58,900 bases of DNA. It comes from Elusimicrobiota bacterium. Lineage in GTDB: Bacteria > Elusimicrobiota > Elusimicrobia > UBA1565. Numbering within the stretch: the first letter of the stretch is position 1; each line of letters starts with the position of its first letter. This document shows, piece by piece, positions 42,925-51,176 of this stretch. The DNA is taken from contig JBDREN010000219.1 in assembly GCA_043819795.1 (NCBI GenBank), positions 1 through 58,900 on the forward strand, read 5' to 3'. The translations under genes were made by a program, and so were the position numbers. The notes beneath the pieces were generated by a model. The model did no database searches. It was given only the letters and a program-made list of their open reading frames with translations, and was not told the DNA's origin.

Positions 42925-43401
42925 TGGCTCCCCTGGACGAACCTAGCGGGGAACCAATTATGTATCGAAAAAAGCGTCACAACTTGTTTTCTCGCCCTGC
43001 CGGATTTGCAGAAAGCGCCCCTTGGCGCGCGGTTGCGCTACTTACGGCGGAGCCGGGGGCTAACCATCGGGGAGTTGGCCGAGGCGAGCGGGGTAGGACG
43101 CAATACGCTCTCGCGGCTGGAGCGCGGGGTTACGCCCTTTAATCCGGCCGTTGTTGGGCGTATTCTGGCTCAGTTTGGCCCCGAAGCTCGGAAAGTTTTT
43201 GCCGAGGACCCCTACGAGCACCTAATACCTACTGAGAGTTTCGGCGCGTGGTTGCGGAACTTCCGGATGCGGATGGGGATGCGCCAGAAGGACTTGGCAG
43301 AAGCCCTCGGGGTCCACAAAGTTACGGTCTGCCGCTACGAGAGACATGGATTCATGCCGGATGTCCGCGTTCTAAGGCGGCTCAAGGAGAAATTTCCGTA
43401 G
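42925..43401 (+). repeat. att-like site + tandem XRE-HTH reading frame, copy 3
   Basis: TGGCTCCCCTGGACGAACCTAGCGGGGAAC; WLPWTNLAGNQLCIEKSVTTCFLALPDLQKAPLGARLRYLRR...GVHKVTVCRYE; in-frame TGA at 42907 and no start before the site. Confidence 0.92.
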
Positions 43402-43442
43402 CGGGATGAGTCGGGAGAGCGTATAAGGGGTATATCTTCCCC

Positions 43443-43471
43443 TTGTATTTTTAAAGGTTACCTATTAAAAT
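43443..43471 (+). promoter_or_regulatory. Sigma70-type promoter, leaderless start
   Basis: TTGTAT-17 nt-TAAAAT, ATG 6 nt downstream, no SD. Confidence 0.65.
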
Positions 43472-43477
43472 ACAATA

Positions 43478-44644
43478 ATGATAATCCCCCGCGACGCCGG
43501 CGCGACGCTGCGCTCGTTCCTCGGGACTTTCCCCGTGGTTCTCATCGTCGGGCCGCGGCAATCCGGCAAGACCACGCTCGTGCGTAAGCAGCTGCCGTCG
43601 CTGCCCTATCTCGATCTTGAGAATCCGACGGATCGAGCCCGTCTTGAGGAGGATCCGGAGGGCCTCTTGACGGGGCATTCGAGGGGGGTGATCATCGATG
43701 AGGTCCAACGCTGGCCCGAGATCTTCCCGGTCCTGCGCGGCGCCGTGGACCGCAAGCGCCGTCTGGGAGCCTTCGTCCTCACCGGCTCCGCCGCACCCTC
43801 CCTCATGAAGCAGGCCGGCGAAACCCTGGCGGGACGTGTCGGGATGCTGGAGCTGACGCCGTTCGGATGTTCGGAACTCGCCCGGCGGCCGGGTTGGCTC
43901 AAGCAGCGTTGGTTCTGGGGCGGCTTCCCTCCTCTGTACGCCCTGTCGGTTCTCGCACGCAAGACCACCTGGCTCGACCAGTACGTCTCCACCTTTCTCG
44001 AACGGGACATCCCGTCTTTCGGGATACGCGTCCCGCCTGTGCGGCTGCGCAATCTTTGGACGATGCTGGCCCATTTGCACGGCCAGTTGCTCAACGTTTC
44101 GACTTTGGCCCGTTCTCTGGACCTGACGTCTCCGGCCGTTTCCCACCATCTGGACATCCTGGAAGGCGCGTTCATGATCCGGCGCCTGCGCCCCTATCAC
44201 GCCAACATCCGCAAGCGGCTGGTCAAGAGTCCCAAGCTCTACATCCGTGACTCGGGGCTGCTTCATCATCTGGCGGGGCTCCGTCGGCCGCAGGACCTCG
44301 ATGCCTGGCCCGGGCGGGGAAGTTCCTGGGAAGGCTTCGTCATCGAGGAGCTGATCCGCCGCGCCCGCCGCCGGTGGCCTGCGCCCGGCTTCCATTTCTG
44401 GGGTACTCAGGCGGGGGCGGAAGCGGACCTGATCGTCGAGAACGGACGCGATCGGCGGGTATTCGAGATCAAGGCCGGGGCGACCCTGTCGTCGAAGAGC
44501 CTCGCCGGAGTGCGGCAGTGCATGAAGGATCTGCGTCTCAAGCGCGGGTTCGTGATCTATCGCGGAGAGCGGGCTTTGACTCTCGGAGCCGGACTCAGAG
44601 CGGTGCCATGGCGCGCCATCGAAGCGGGCGGCTGGCCTTCATAG
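43478..44644 (+). CDS. AAA_14 ATPase with DUF4143 (PD-(D/E)xK-like) C-terminus
   Basis: GPRQSGKT, IIDEVQ, LTGS, ETLAGR, GGFP, KSPKLYIRDSG, EADLIV..FEIK. Confidence 0.93.
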   Translation: MIIPRDAGATLRSFLGTFPVVLIVGPRQSGKTTLVRKQLPSLPYLDLENPTDRARLEEDPEGLLTGHSRGVIIDEVQRWPEIFPVLRGAVDRKRRLGAFVLTGSAAPSLMKQAGETLAGRVGMLELTPFGCSELARRPGWLKQRWFWGGFPPLYALSVLARKTTWLDQYVSTFLERDIPSFGIRVPPVRLRNLWTMLAHLHGQLLNVSTLARSLDLTSPAVSHHLDILEGAFMIRRLRPYHANIRKRLVKSPKLYIRDSGLLHHLAGLRRPQDLDAWPGRGSSWEGFVIEELIRRARRRWPAPGFHFWGTQAGAEADLIVENGRDRRVFEIKAGATLSSKSLAGVRQCMKDLRLKRGFVIYRGERALTLGAGLRAVPWRAIEAGGWPS

Positions 44645-44701
44645 CTCCCAAGTCGCAACCAGAGCCATGGGGAAAAATGCCTCGAAAGGCAACCAGCGAT
44701 G

Positions 44702-44732
44702 AATTCGTTCCCCCGTTCTGCCAGGGGAGCCA
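44702..44732 (-). repeat. Inverted, internally shortened copy of the att-like site
   Basis: Reverse complement reads TGGCTCCCCTGGCAGAACGGGGGAACGAATT. Confidence 0.8.
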
Positions 44733-44749
44733 TTTCAAAAAGCAGAACG

Positions 44750-44769
44750 AACGGCCCGAAAGGGCCGTT
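44750..44769. terminator. Hairpin between the inverted site and copy 4
   Basis: AACGGCCC-GAAA-GGGCCGTT followed by TATTCTT. Confidence 0.65.
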
Positions 44770-44786
44770 TATTCTTGGACTTTTAA

Positions 44787-44841
44787 TTCGTTCCCCGATA
44801 GGTTCTGCACATTCCGGCGGACGAACCTAGCGGGTAACGAA
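44787..44841. other. Two-armed (attP-like) inverted-repeat site
   Basis: TTCGTTCCCCGATAGGTTC-17 nt-GAACCTAGCGGGTAACGAA; arms match at 17 of 19 positions. Confidence 0.7.
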
Positions 44842-45327
44842 ATAAGTATCGAAAAAAGCGTCAGATCTTGTTTTGTGGCGCTCCCGGACCTCGGTACCGC
44901 GCCGCTCGGCGTCCGTCTGCGCTACCTTAGAAAGCGCCGCGGCCTGACCCAGTTCGAGTTGGCCCGCCACACAGGCGTGAGCCACGGAACGATCAACCGC
45001 TTGGAAATTGGGAAGGCTCCGCTGGACCCGGCCCGTCTCGGCCGCGTCCTGGCCTTTTTCGGCGAAGCCGCCCGCGAAGTGCTGCCCGGCGGAGCCGACG
45101 TCTACGACCACGTTATCCCCGTCAAAGACTTCGGAAGCTGGCTGCGCAACTTCCGGATGCGACGGGGAATACCCCAAAAGGACCTGGCCGAGGCCCTGGG
45201 AATTCACAAAGTCACGGTCTGCCGCTACGAGAGGCAAGGGCTCCAGCCGGCAGCCCGCATTCTGAAACGGCTCAGGCGGAAATTCAAGCTGGGAGCCAAG
45301 CTCAACTTCGTTCCCCATTCCCAATAG
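44819..45327 (+). repeat. att-like arm + tandem XRE-HTH reading frame, copy 4
   Basis: GGACGAACCTAGCGGGTAAC; TNLAGNEISIEKSVRSCFVALPDL..LGVRLRYLRKRRGLT..GIHKVTVCRYE; most similar to copy 2. Confidence 0.92.
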
Positions 45328-45482
45328 GCCCCCGTCACATTCTTGTGAATCGAGGGGTCAGGCCGGAAGGGCTGTCCCAGCGATTGGGGGAGCTGTGGGC
45401 GGCGGAAAGCGCCGTCCACGGCATCCCCACGAGCGGCGCGATTCACATGCCAATCAATCCCCTTCCTCTACTCATCACCTCA

Positions 45483-45589
45483 ATCGCAATCCGTTTGTCG
45501 CGTCGAATGAGTCCGAGAATCTTGGCTCCGGTTTCTCCCAACCTTTCTCCGAACCTCTCCGAACTCTTCTCCGAACCGCCTTGGCTCGG
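45483..45589 (-). repeat. Second copy of the winged-HTH fragment at 36477-36595
   Basis: CGTCGAATGAG(C/T)CCGAGAATCTTGGCTCCGGTTTCTCCCAAC...CCGAACCGCCTTG shared; one fewer 12-bp unit. Confidence 0.85.
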
Positions 45590-45706
45590 CCGCCGATAGA
45601 ACGTAACCAAGAAATCGCTCTTGAGGACCTTGAACTCGACCGGGAGGTCTGAAGCGCATTCCTTGGCGCTCCGCCTGAGTCCCGACCCCCATTCGTGACG
45701 TCAGAA

Positions 45707-46423
45707 TCATGACCCATGGGCGGGTCTTTCTGGAGCTTCCGAACCAGGCCGCTTCGTTATGACACAAAGTGTCTTCCAGGCACTGGCCACTTCATTCAAA
45801 ATGACCTGTAGGAGCGGGATAAACGCAATCGGCGCAACCACCAGGAGAATTAACGGTACGGCATCTGTCTTCCAGAGCCGAATGCCCACCAATATGAGCG
45901 CCCATCCAGGGACAAGAAAGTAGATCAAGATTGCGCTCGCCTTGAGGAGCACGTAGTAGGCTGCGCTTGTCCACCACAGCCAGTCCGGACACGCAGCCGC
46001 AGTTGCGAAAAACTGGTACTTGCCTCGTAGACTTTGAGCCAACGGCGCCACTCGGATCACACTCGGCTGGCAGAGCATGTCGAAAAATTCGCGCGGATGA
46101 GGCTTTTCGGCTACTTCCGACAGTGAGCCAATGTAGCCCTCAGCCAGCTTTCGCGCCCGAACCTGCTGAGCGTGCGCGGATGCGAATGCAACGCTCAGGA
46201 TTATCAAAAGGGAGAACAAGACGGGATACAGAGTTTCCGGTGAGACCGAACCCAAGCCGAGAGGCAGTGCTATTCCTTGAGTTTGTTGCCCAGCGCCGGT
46301 CAACTGCAAGAGCGTGAATACCACCACCGTCATGAGGGTAAGCCAAAGACGGTTGGCAACCCGCGCTTGAGTCGAGACGGCAGACGCAAGATCCTTGATG
46401 TGCTGGTTTTGATTTTGAGTCAT
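45707..46423 (-). CDS. Hypothetical multi-pass membrane protein
   Basis: About 4 hydrophobic helices; ATG 1 nt after the upstream stop; last gene of the operon. Confidence 0.75.
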   Translation of the reverse strand: MTQNQNQHIKDLASAVSTQARVANRLWLTLMTVVVFTLLQLTGAGQQTQGIALPLGLGSVSPETLYPVLFSLLIILSVAFASAHAQQVRARKLAEGYIGSLSEVAEKPHPREFFDMLCQPSVIRVAPLAQSLRGKYQFFATAAACPDWLWWTSAAYYVLLKASAILIYFLVPGWALILVGIRLWKTDAVPLILLVVAPIAFIPLLQVILNEVASAWKTLCVITKRPGSEAPERPAHGS

Positions 46424-46424
46424 C

Positions 46425-47225
46425 CTATGCCTTCTCTCGCGGAGGTTCGCGGCCAATCAGTATCAGATACGAATCGAAGAATACCCAAGATAGATGGGCA
46501 AGATAGCGCGCTAGGCCCGTTCGTGTCTTATAATAGCGGGGCTTAACGTTCTTTAGGTGTTCCACGGATTCCTTGAAGGCAGATCTCTCTTCGATAATCG
46601 ATAAGAGCCGGTTGCACGAGGTCTCAAGGAAGGGAATATCAAGCGGCTTGTGTTTCCCCTGGAATGCGCCGGAAAGATGCTTCGCGAAGGCTTCGCCGGA
46701 TTGGGAGGGAATCTCTTTCCCCTCCTCTGAGAATAGGTACGCGGGGGAACGTCTTGCCCGGAAGGCGACGTAATGGGCGTCTCGGCTTGGGAGCCGTCCG
46801 ATGGCCAGTGGTCTGAAAAACCTCGAATGCAAAAGGACCCGGCCGGTGAGGTATGCGGAATTAAGCTTCGGCTGGGTGTGGAACTCCGGGGCCGCATAGT
46901 AGACCACGTTTCCGGCGCTTTCGAGATCGATGAGTAGATCGTGTTGGTCTGAATGCCGCAACGGCCGGAGATGCATGCGGTAATAGGGCTCTCCAAAGAC
47001 GGGCCATTCATTCGCGGTAGATCGACTCAGGTGATCCGAAAGCTTAAATTGCAGGTACAGTGGATACCCGACGAGAGGAATCTGGACATCGAAACCGCCA
47101 CCAGGCTGTCCCTCCTCTCTCAAAGATGGGAATACCGGTGCTCCGATGACTGGGCCAAGAATGCCGGAGGCCAATTCCTGAGTAAGAGCATAGCCGTAGG
47201 AAAACTCAGAGATCAGCGGCTGCAT
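46425..47225 (-). CDS. Hypothetical protein, possible PD-(D/E)xK nuclease
   Basis: SEFSYGY..PSLREEG..GGFDV..LYLQFK pattern (E..D..QxK). Confidence 0.6.
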   Translation of the reverse strand: MQPLISEFSYGYALTQELASGILGPVIGAPVFPSLREEGQPGGGFDVQIPLVGYPLYLQFKLSDHLSRSTANEWPVFGEPYYRMHLRPLRHSDQHDLLIDLESAGNVVYYAAPEFHTQPKLNSAYLTGRVLLHSRFFRPLAIGRLPSRDAHYVAFRARRSPAYLFSEEGKEIPSQSGEAFAKHLSGAFQGKHKPLDIPFLETSCNRLLSIIEERSAFKESVEHLKNVKPRYYKTRTGLARYLAHLSWVFFDSYLILIGREPPREKA

Positions 47226-47229
47226 TGAG

Positions 47230-49959
47230 CTACCGAGTCTTGGCTCTCTTTTTCGGAGGCTTCGCAGAGCCGGTGCCCTTATCGTCGGAAGACACCGCAG
47301 AGTACGAATGTGCTAAGGCCAGGCCACTTACTGTCATATTGCCGGCCACAACATCGTGAGGAATGAGGAGGTAAGACCACGGCTTCCCATCATGCGTCTG
47401 CGCATGGTCGGTCGCGTGCCGGCACCATTCCGCGGCGGCGCGGGCCTTGGCGAGAACCTCCGGGTCCTGCATGACTGCGGAGCTCTTGATCTCACAGACG
47501 AACTTGGCATCCTTCGTCTCGACGATAAAGTCCGGTTCGTAGGAGGCCTCTGTGCTGTGGTAAATCAAGATATCGCCTTTGCTCGGTCGAAACCACTTCT
47601 GGACGGTCTTGTCTGATTCCAGGACGGCGGTGAAGCGCCGCTCCGGGTCGGAATCGAACTTCTGAATGGGGAAAAGGCATTTCTTGAACCCACCGAAGAA
47701 CATCCGCCGGATGTCCCTGCGTTCCTCAACGGGCGCTCGGAAATCGCGCTGTTCTTCGCCCGCGTTTGCGGAGAAGGTGCTGGGCCTCAAAGTTGTGAAT
47801 CCCTTGCTGACATGGGCTTCGTAGGCTGCGGTTTTATCCTCGTAGTGCTGCTCCATCTGCGCGTGGATCAGGTTGACCAGAGCCTGTTGGTGATATTGGA
47901 GGACGTTACTTACTTCGTTGGCCTCCTTCAGGTACGACTTAAGATGGGCGACGACCTGCCCGGCCAGCTTGTAGAGCAGCTCGGAGTGATCGTCGTAGGA
48001 GATGTCGTTAAAGTCGATGAGGCCGCGAACCAGGTAGTTTTCCGGGCGCAGCTCCTGTGCGACGCCGTCGCCGCTCAAAAGCCGGTGCTGTTCTCTGCGG
48101 TGAAGCTCCTGGATAAGGATTTCGTTTTCGACCGGCTGATAATGGACGCCGGATAAGTCCAGCTTGAAGTCCTGGTAACCACGAGCCGCATCGCCCACGG
48201 GCTGCAGCGTGATGCGGGGAATATCGATGGAGAGGTCATTGCGGAGCTGGATGGCCTTGGCGACGACCTCCGCGATGTCCACACTTTCAGCGACTCCTTC
48301 CAGTTCCGCCTGAGCCGGGGCGATGGCGGCCTTAACCTTCTCGGCGATCTCCTGGCGGATCTCCGGCTTGGCCAGGTCGGCGGAGCACGGCAGGCGTTCG
48401 TATTCCTTCCGAATGATGTCCAGCGTCGCTCGCGCAGCTTCCTGTTCCTTGGCGGAACCGAAAGGTAGTTTTTCTTGAGACATGCGCATGGCGCCGCCAA
48501 AGCCTTTCCCGCCGACATCCGAGACCAGGTCGTCTATCGCCGGATACGTAACGACAACGCGCACCTTCTCTCCGGGAATGCCGACGATCTTTAGGCCGCC
48601 GCGGATGATGGACTCCGGGCTGTTGGCGTAGTCCACGATTTCCTGGAATTTGTCGTGCGATACGATGGTCAGCCGGTCGACGGGATCGACGCCGGTGCGT
48701 TTGCCGTACGGCAGGCGCAGTCCGCGGCCGATGGACTGTTCTACGAGCGTCTTGGAGTTCGCCGCCCGCAGGGGAACGATGGTATAGAGGTTCGTGACGT
48801 CCCAGCCCTCCTTGAGCATGTTAACGTGGATGACGATCTCGGTGGGATTGTCGGGCCGCTCAACGGTCATGAGCTGCTCGACCGTCTCGTCCTTTTCAGC
48901 CCCCTTGATGTTGGAATGGACCGTGATGACCTTGCCTTTGTATCGGCCCTCGAAGAAGGCTTCGTCCTCGATGATCTTTTGCAAGGCCCCGGCGTGCTCC
49001 GTGTCCTTTGCGATAACGAGCATGAACGGCTTGACGATCGGGACTCCGTTTTCACGCGCGTAGACTTCAATCTCGACCTTCGAATTTTCGTGAATGCGAA
49101 CGCCGTCCTCAAGCTTGACGCGTTCGAGGCCGGCGGGATCATAGTTGTCCGCGTCGAAGTTCTCGCGTGTCGCCACGGCGGGTTCCTTCACGAAGCCGTC
49201 CTCCATGGCGCTGGAAAGGGGGTAGCTGTAGATGACATTTTGGAAGACTTCCGTCTTCGTGCCGCGCTCCACTTGGGGTGTGGCGGTCAATTCCAGGCCC
49301 AGGACCGGCTTGAGTTCGTTGATGGCCTTTAGTCCTGCCGAGGCCCGGTAACGATGGGACTCATCCATGAGGAGGACCAGGTCGTCGAGGCCGGAGAGGT
49401 AATCGAAATAGCTTTGCCCGATGTACTCCTGGAGCTTGTGAAACTTGGCCGTCTCGCCGCGGGTAATTTTGCTGATGTTGAAGATGTTGATGTGGACCGA
49501 AGTATCAAACAACTCGCTGCCGCGGACTCCGCGGCCGTCTTCGTAGTTGTCGCCTGTGACGATCCACGGAGGCTCGACGGCGAACTCGGCAATGCCTTGG
49601 AAGACATACTTCGGGGTGTTTGGCGTGAAATCGGCGATGAGTTTGTTGTAGATGGTTAGGTTGGGGGCCAGGACGAAGAAGTGGCGCATGCCCTCCTTCT
49701 TGTAGAGGTACGCAATGAACGCTCCCATAAGCCGGGTCTTGCCGACGCCAGTGGCCAGAGCGAAGCAGAGCGAGGGGAAATCCCTCTCGAAGTCCGCGAC
49801 AGTTGAAAATTCTGCTTGAATCGCCTTGAGGGCCTCGACCGGGTCGGCTCCCTTCTCCAGCGAGAGGATGTCGGCCATGCGGGAGAGAATCTCGAGCGAT
49901 GCCTTCTGAGGAGGACGCAGGCTGAGCCGATTTGAGATTGCGTTGACGTGCTGGTTCAT
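47230..49959 (-). CDS. res: Type III restriction enzyme Res subunit
   Basis: LATGVGKT, MDESH, ELTATP, MLKEGWDV, EQSIGRGLRLPYG, YEPDFIVE..CEIK. Confidence 0.92.
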   Translation of the reverse strand: MNQHVNAISNRLSLRPPQKASLEILSRMADILSLEKGADPVEALKAIQAEFSTVADFERDFPSLCFALATGVGKTRLMGAFIAYLYKKEGMRHFFVLAPNLTIYNKLIADFTPNTPKYVFQGIAEFAVEPPWIVTGDNYEDGRGVRGSELFDTSVHINIFNISKITRGETAKFHKLQEYIGQSYFDYLSGLDDLVLLMDESHRYRASAGLKAINELKPVLGLELTATPQVERGTKTEVFQNVIYSYPLSSAMEDGFVKEPAVATRENFDADNYDPAGLERVKLEDGVRIHENSKVEIEVYARENGVPIVKPFMLVIAKDTEHAGALQKIIEDEAFFEGRYKGKVITVHSNIKGAEKDETVEQLMTVERPDNPTEIVIHVNMLKEGWDVTNLYTIVPLRAANSKTLVEQSIGRGLRLPYGKRTGVDPVDRLTIVSHDKFQEIVDYANSPESIIRGGLKIVGIPGEKVRVVVTYPAIDDLVSDVGGKGFGGAMRMSQEKLPFGSAKEQEAARATLDIIRKEYERLPCSADLAKPEIRQEIAEKVKAAIAPAQAELEGVAESVDIAEVVAKAIQLRNDLSIDIPRITLQPVGDAARGYQDFKLDLSGVHYQPVENEILIQELHRREQHRLLSGDGVAQELRPENYLVRGLIDFNDISYDDHSELLYKLAGQVVAHLKSYLKEANEVSNVLQYHQQALVNLIHAQMEQHYEDKTAAYEAHVSKGFTTLRPSTFSANAGEEQRDFRAPVEERRDIRRMFFGGFKKCLFPIQKFDSDPERRFTAVLESDKTVQKWFRPSKGDILIYHSTEASYEPDFIVETKDAKFVCEIKSSAVMQDPEVLAKARAAAEWCRHATDHAQTHDGKPWSYLLIPHDVVAGNMTVSGLALAHSYSAVSSDDKGTGSAKPPKKRAKTR

Positions 49960-51176
49960 TTGCCGCCTCTTCGCCGGCCCTGGCGAGTCCCTTTGTCGCG
50001 TTTACGGCGGGTCGGCCCCTTTAAGCTCTCCGGCTGTTTCGGTCCAGACAGGGCTTTCACCTCACGCCGCAATTCGGCTCTCAATTCGGCCTCGCTTGGA
50101 AGGTGCAGTTTGTAGCGGCTGGCGAAAATCGTTCGTTGCTGGTCCGGCCCGAGCGTGTATCGAACCACGGCGTTGTTCTTATCCGCGCAAAGAATCAGCC
50201 CGAGCGTCGGATTGTCTCCGGCGGAGCGGCGCTCGCGGTCGTAGTAATTGACGTAGAGCTGGAGTTGGCCGAGATCCTGGTGCGTAAGCTTCCCGGTTTT
50301 TAGGTCAATGATCACATAGCACTTGAGGACGGCGTGGTAGAAGACCAAATCTATGTAGAAGTGGTCGCCCTCCAGTGTGAGCCGCTCCTGCCGAGCGACG
50401 AAGGCGAAACCTTTGCCGAGTTCGAGCAAAAAAGTCTGAAGGTTGCTGATTAGCGCTTGTTCAAGCTCCGATTCAACCAGTTTTGACGACTCCGGCATGC
50501 CCAAAAACTCCATGACCACCGGGTCCTTAAACACATCCGCGGGGCGACGCACCTCGTGGCCCTTTGTCGCGAGTCTCAGCAAACCTTTCTTGTCGCGGCT
50601 CAACGCGAGACGTTCATAGAGGAGGCTGTTGATCTGCCGCTCCAACTCACGCGAGGACCAGCTGTTTTTAATCGCCTCGATCTCGTAAAAGGCGCGTTTG
50701 TCCGTTTCGTCAGCCTTCAGAAGCATCCGGTAGTGAGTCCAGGACAGATTCGGATGCAGAAGGCCCGGTTTCCATGATTTCCGAGGCGCCGCGTCGGATT
50801 TTCCACGCGGCGCGTGGAGAATGCTCTGCTCCCCGCGAGCCTCTGGCCCCGTCAATTCTCCACGCACCGCGTGGAGAATCTCATTCGATGGGAGAAGTCC
50901 CGGATAGGCTCGGTAGAACTGGACCATGTAAAACAGGTTCTGGATTGAGTAGCCCGCTCCATAGCTCTTGGTCATCTTCCGAGAAAGTCCCTCGATTAAT
51001 TTCCTGCCGTAATCAGCCCGTGCTTGCCCTCCTTGCTCCTCCTCGACGATCTCGCGGCCGATGAGCCAGTTGGATACCACCTGTGCGGTGTTAACGGACC
51101 GCGCTGCGCCGGCGCGGGCAGATTCGATGATCTCCCGAATGCGGTCATAGAGGGGCAAGGGCTTCTTCCTTTTCAT
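49956..51176 (-). CDS. YhcG/DUF1016 PD-(D/E)xK nuclease family protein
   Basis: WLIGREIVEEEQ..RADYG, LSWTHY, KDP..EFL, LELGKGFAFVARQ, IDLVFY, IDLK, GQLQLYVNY. Confidence 0.93.
   Translation of the reverse strand: MKRKKPLPLYDRIREIIESARAGAARSVNTAQVVSNWLIGREIVEEEQGGQARADYGRKLIEGLSRKMTKSYGAGYSIQNLFYMVQFYRAYPGLLPSNEILHAVRGELTGPEARGEQSILHAPRGKSDAAPRKSWKPGLLHPNLSWTHYRMLLKADETDKRAFYEIEAIKNSWSSRELERQINSLLYERLALSRDKKGLLRLATKGHEVRRPADVFKDPVVMEFLGMPESSKLVESELEQALISNLQTFLLELGKGFAFVARQERLTLEGDHFYIDLVFYHAVLKCYVIIDLKTGKLTHQDLGQLQLYVNYYDRERRSAGDNPTLGLILCADKNNAVVRYTLGPDQQRTIFASRYKLHLPSEAELRAELRREVKALSGPKQPESLKGPTRRKRDKGTRQGRRRGGK

Noticed and set aside
42760..42940. Intact tRNA gene
   Set aside because: Only a T-loop fragment and a separate acceptor-like end; no cloverleaf can be built
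34097..45327. CRISPR array interpretation of the 27-bp repeats
   Set aside because: Repeats are kilobases apart, continue into coding homology, and there are no cas genes
34097..45327. Classical integron or diversity-generating retroelement
   Set aside because: No IntI, no attC-type RYYYAAC..GTTRRRY structure seen, no reverse transcriptase; differences between copies are not adenine-specific
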